This document shows positions 60,570 to 64,000 of a stretch of 64,000 bases of DNA, piece by piece. This stretch comes from Carpediemonas membranifera BICM. Its lineage: Eukaryota > Protista > Fornicata. The translations under genes were made by a program, and so were the position numbers. Each line of letters begins with the position of its first letter. The first letter of the stretch is position 1. Location: the NCBI GenBank assembly GCA_019828565.1, contig JAHDYR010000047.1, forward strand, positions 1 to 64,000, written 5' to 3'. The notes below the pieces were generated by a model. It was given only the letters and a program-made list of their open reading frames with translations. It did not search any database and was not told the DNA's origin.

Positions 60570-61097
60570 ATGGTAGAAAATTCGGAACATCCAGATCCGA
60601 CGGCAACGAGGCTCAATAACCTAGAAGCCTCAATCGCTACCATCTCGCAACAGCTTGCAAAGCTTAATCCGCCTCCTCCGCCGCCCGAGACCGAGCCGCC
60701 GAAGGAATCTCAAATTGATTTCTTCCCTGAACAAGATGAAGCGGATATTGACCAAACACTGGCAGAGATGGATGCATACGGCGAGCTTCCGACAAAGAGA
60801 CCACTTAAGGCGGAAGCAAAGTGGCTTCGCCGCGTGATGGTGATCGTCAACGCCCTCGACGACGAGCCGCTCAAAGCAAGACTCCTGGTGGAACTCCAAG
60901 CACGCCGTACCCTTCTGGACCTCAAGGACGACAACTGGTCGGACGCAACCTGCGAACTGTTTCTCGACTTGTTCAACACGTCCCAGACCAAAACCCCCCG
61001 TGCCATCTCCTACTGCGCAGCCAAAGCCAGAGCCAAGGGTAAGAGAAAGGACCAGCCCCAGAACAAAGGGGGGTTTCACAAGAAGCACAAGAAGTAG
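60570..61097 (+). CDS. DIRS copy 2 ORF1 (gag-like)
   Basis: Homologous to 6514-7008; basic C-terminus. Confidence 0.7.
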   Translation: MVENSEHPDPTATRLNNLEASIATISQQLAKLNPPPPPPETEPPKESQIDFFPEQDEADIDQTLAEMDAYGELPTKRPLKAEAKWLRRVMVIVNALDDEPLKARLLVELQARRTLLDLKDDNWSDATCELFLDLFNTSQTKTPRAISYCAAKARAKGKRKDQPQNKGGFHKKHKK

Positions 61098-63904
61098 CCC
61101 TTGCCACAGATGTTCAGTTCCCGTCAATGAACAAAAAGTGGCCGGTGTGGGCAAGACTCGGTGCCTCCCCCGAGGTAGTAAGCTGGCTGCGGGATGGCGT
61201 CCCTATCCACCTCACCTCTGCGCCCCCTCCACCAGAACCGCAAAGGCGAGTGGACCCCCGCCTACTCCCGAAGATCGAAGAGCTAGTCGCCAAGGGCGTC
61301 CTCTCCCCGTGCCCGATAGACGAACTGCGTCACAGCGCACCCCTGTTCGCGGTGTCGAAGGGCAAAGACGATGTCCGCCCCGTGCACGACCTCCGAGCCC
61401 TGAACGAGTTGACAGCAGAGCTGAGGGTGTTTCGTCTGTTCGGCATCAGACGGGCGGTCCGCAATCTGCACAAGAACGACTACATGATCAAGATAGACCT
61501 AGCATCGGGATACCACCAACTTGGCGTCGCCTCGCGAGACTCCCCCCTCCTAGGCGTGGTCCTACCGGACGGCCGCGCATTCAGGTACAACACACTCGGC
61601 TTCGGATGGACAGCGGCGCCGTACGTGTTCCAGAGCACGACCATACAGCTTGCAAAGATCATCGCACACAGGTTCGGGGTGACCATCGCGGTCTATCTCG
61701 ACGACTTCTTAGTGTCCCATGCCTCCCCATCGTACCTAGCTTCGGTCACCCCGCAGATCATCGACCTCATGCTATCGCTGGGGGCGATACCGGGCCTCAA
61801 CAAGTGCGTCCTCACGCCGACCCAGCAGGTAGACTACCTAGGTGTCCACATAGACACCGCAAGCGAGTCCCTAAGAATCTCAAAAGACAAGGCCGAGGCC
61901 TACACGGCCACGATCTCCAAGGCCCTCCGGGTCGGGTCCATCACAGCTTCAGACTGGCAGAAGCTCCTAGGCCGTCTGTCATTCTTCGCAGGGACCACAC
62001 AGTTCGCCCGCCTCGCACTCAGACCACTGCAGGCCACCCCTACGACGGAGACCGTCCACCTCTCCAGCCAAATCCGCAGGCAGCTGGCGGCGTGGCAAGT
62101 CCTCCTCCGCGATCGCCCACCCAAGAGGTTCGCCGAAGCAAGAGCGGACTGGGAAATACGCGATACGCTCCAGATTTCTGTCACCTCAGACGCATCAACG
62201 TCCGGCTGGGGAGCATGCCTGTTCAATGGGGAGAAGGGAGCGGCATCACAGGGTGCCTTCCCCCCTCATCTCAAGGGGGGAACACATTGGCGTCAAGGAG
62301 CTCTTCGCGATCGCTCAGGCGATCAATCTCGTGCCCCAGCAGGAGTCACGCTCCTCTCTCACAGTCTTTGCCGACAACTCAGCTGCCATCAGCTGGGTAA
62401 ACAGACGGGGATCGCCGAACCTCCCCCCAGCCGCACACCAGATCCTACAGGACATCTACAACACGGCAGAAACCAAGCGCCTCGACGTCCACTGCTTCCA
62501 TATTGCCGGACACCTGAATGTCCAGGCGGACAGGCTCTCCAGGTTCGCCAAGCTCGACTGGTCGTCACCCCGAGAAGTCTTGGAAACCATCATGCGCAAG
62601 TGGGGGCCGGTCGAGATCGACGTCACAGCACGCCCCGACAAGGTTCTGGCCTTACCAGGCTTTGCAGAAATAGCCTGGTCAATCCACGACAACGGCTTCC
62701 AGATGGACTGGAGGGGAGTCAGGATTTATATAGCTCCTCCTATAGCCCTTCTTGGAGTGACGTGTCGTCGCCTCCAGACAATACGCGCCTCGACCCAGAC
62801 TGGGAACCCTCGACACTGGAGATCAGCGGCGATAGTCCTGTGCCCGGACCTCAACTCGCCCGAGGTCCGAGCCATCAAACGTTTGACACCCCTCAAGTTG
62901 TACCTCAGAGTCCAGGCGAAACACCTCCTGCAGTCCGAGCTAGCCTGGACAGCGACAGACAAGGGCAAGATCCGCTTCGTGGCGCTTATCCTGAAAACCC
63001 GTTCCAAGCCCTCCTCGCTGACGACCGACTATCACATTTCAGAAACGAATCGTCGCGCCGCACAGCAGCGGGCTGGGTCGCCAAATTCCTCCAATCCCGC
63101 AACGCGAGCCACTCACACGCGCAACAGCTCAAAGAGTTCCTTCTGACCGAGGGTACCACGTCGGGCCCACAGTCGATACACAGGAAAGGCTACTGGATTT
63201 GCGAGGCCGCCCCACTCGTGTCTGACTGGCGCCCCCCGATCGCTGCCAAGCAGATAATCGCCGCCGCCCGGAACGTCGCCTCTGTAGAAGGCCTGACCGG
63301 GGGTGCGAAGCCTGTCACGTCCGCGAGAGTCCGCAGGGTCATAGACAGACGTCGGAAGTCACCCCAAGCCTTCCAGGCCGCCCTCTTTTCTGCTCTCTGC
63401 TTTATCACCGTGAGTAGAGGCGCAGAGATCTTTGGACTCAGACGAAGAGACGTCGAGTTCGACGCTGATGGCAATGCCCTCCTTCTGTTCGCGAGAACTA
63501 AGACTGCCACAGGCGTCCGCAAGCTGGTACCAAACCAATCGTGGGCCCGCTTTAACCCAGCAAGGGCCCTGAAGGCATGGGTCCCCACGGCAACGCGCCG
63601 CGACGACGACCTCATCTGGCGGGCGATCACCTCAACCGGTGGTATTTCACTATCGAAGCCGCTACCGGCGTCAACCCTCCGCCACTGGATCCACCAGGCG
63701 TACGGCACCGACATTTCGTGGCACTCATTCCGCAAGGGCGCCACCACGGAGTTGGCGGTAGCCCACACGAGTACCGAAGTCCTCCTGTCCATGGGGACGT
63801 GGGCCTCCACGAAAAGCATGCTGAGATATATGGGCAACGGGGTCCGCACACACCCGGGGGTCCAGGGACACCTGGCCTCCATCCTTCTCCAACCACCACT
63901 TTAA
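61000..63904 (+). CDS. Tyrosine recombinase ORF whose long N-terminal part overlaps pol in another frame (same frameshift near 62280)
   Basis: SRGAE, RTKT, HSFRKG, GTW, RY give the R-K-H-R-W-Y catalytic set within ~63400-63830. Confidence 0.85.
61127..63146 (+). CDS. DIRS copy 2 RT, RNase H and MT-like domain (1-nt frameshift at the G run near 62280)
   Basis: IDLASGYHQ, YLDD, SDAS; then KELFAI, DNSAA, HIAGHLNVQADRLSR, YIAPPI. Confidence 0.88.
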
Positions 63905-64000
63905 ATCTCTGACGGGAGCTAGTGGCTGGGAGAGCTAGGTAGGGTGGGGCTGACACGCGTTACAACGGCAGATGTAAGCCACAACAGACATTCTTTGACG

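Larger units (their letters stand above)
59580..64000 (+). mobile_element. DIRS-type retrotransposon copy 2 (ends not resolved)
   Basis: gag-like ORF, RT/RH/MT and tyrosine recombinase in overlapping frames. Confidence 0.88.

Overview
Compact, intron-poor eukaryotic DNA from a flagellated protist. A 35-nt GT..CTAACACAG intron, flagellar genes (AK7, CFAP43) and bacterial-type anaerobic enzymes suggest a metamonad/fornicate such as a Carpediemonas-like organism (inference). Host genes: D-LDH, DHHC palmitoyltransferase, an AEP-transaminase/cytidylyltransferase fusion, M1AP-like, two DEAD-box helicases, RRP5, iPGM, SNF5, AK7, WAC/DDT, HMG-box, a multi-TM/ARM protein, RRP43, CFAP43 and tRNA-Asp. 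Mobile DNA: two DIRS-type tyrosine-recombinase retroelements, three young chromodomain Ty3/gypsy elements (two nested in other elements) and two Fanzor/TnpB-like RuvC genes. The two most striking observations are these. (1) All three gypsy elements have very short identical LTRs (61, 81, 122 bp) and, instead of a tRNA primer-binding site, a perfect 10-12 bp palindrome of different sequence at the same position, suggesting a tRNA-independent priming mechanism. (2) One Fanzor sits antisense inside a 1.6-kb mini-LTR element (43/40-bp repeats, PPT, 5-bp TSD), so its omega-RNA region runs into LTR sequence that occurs elsewhere in the window.
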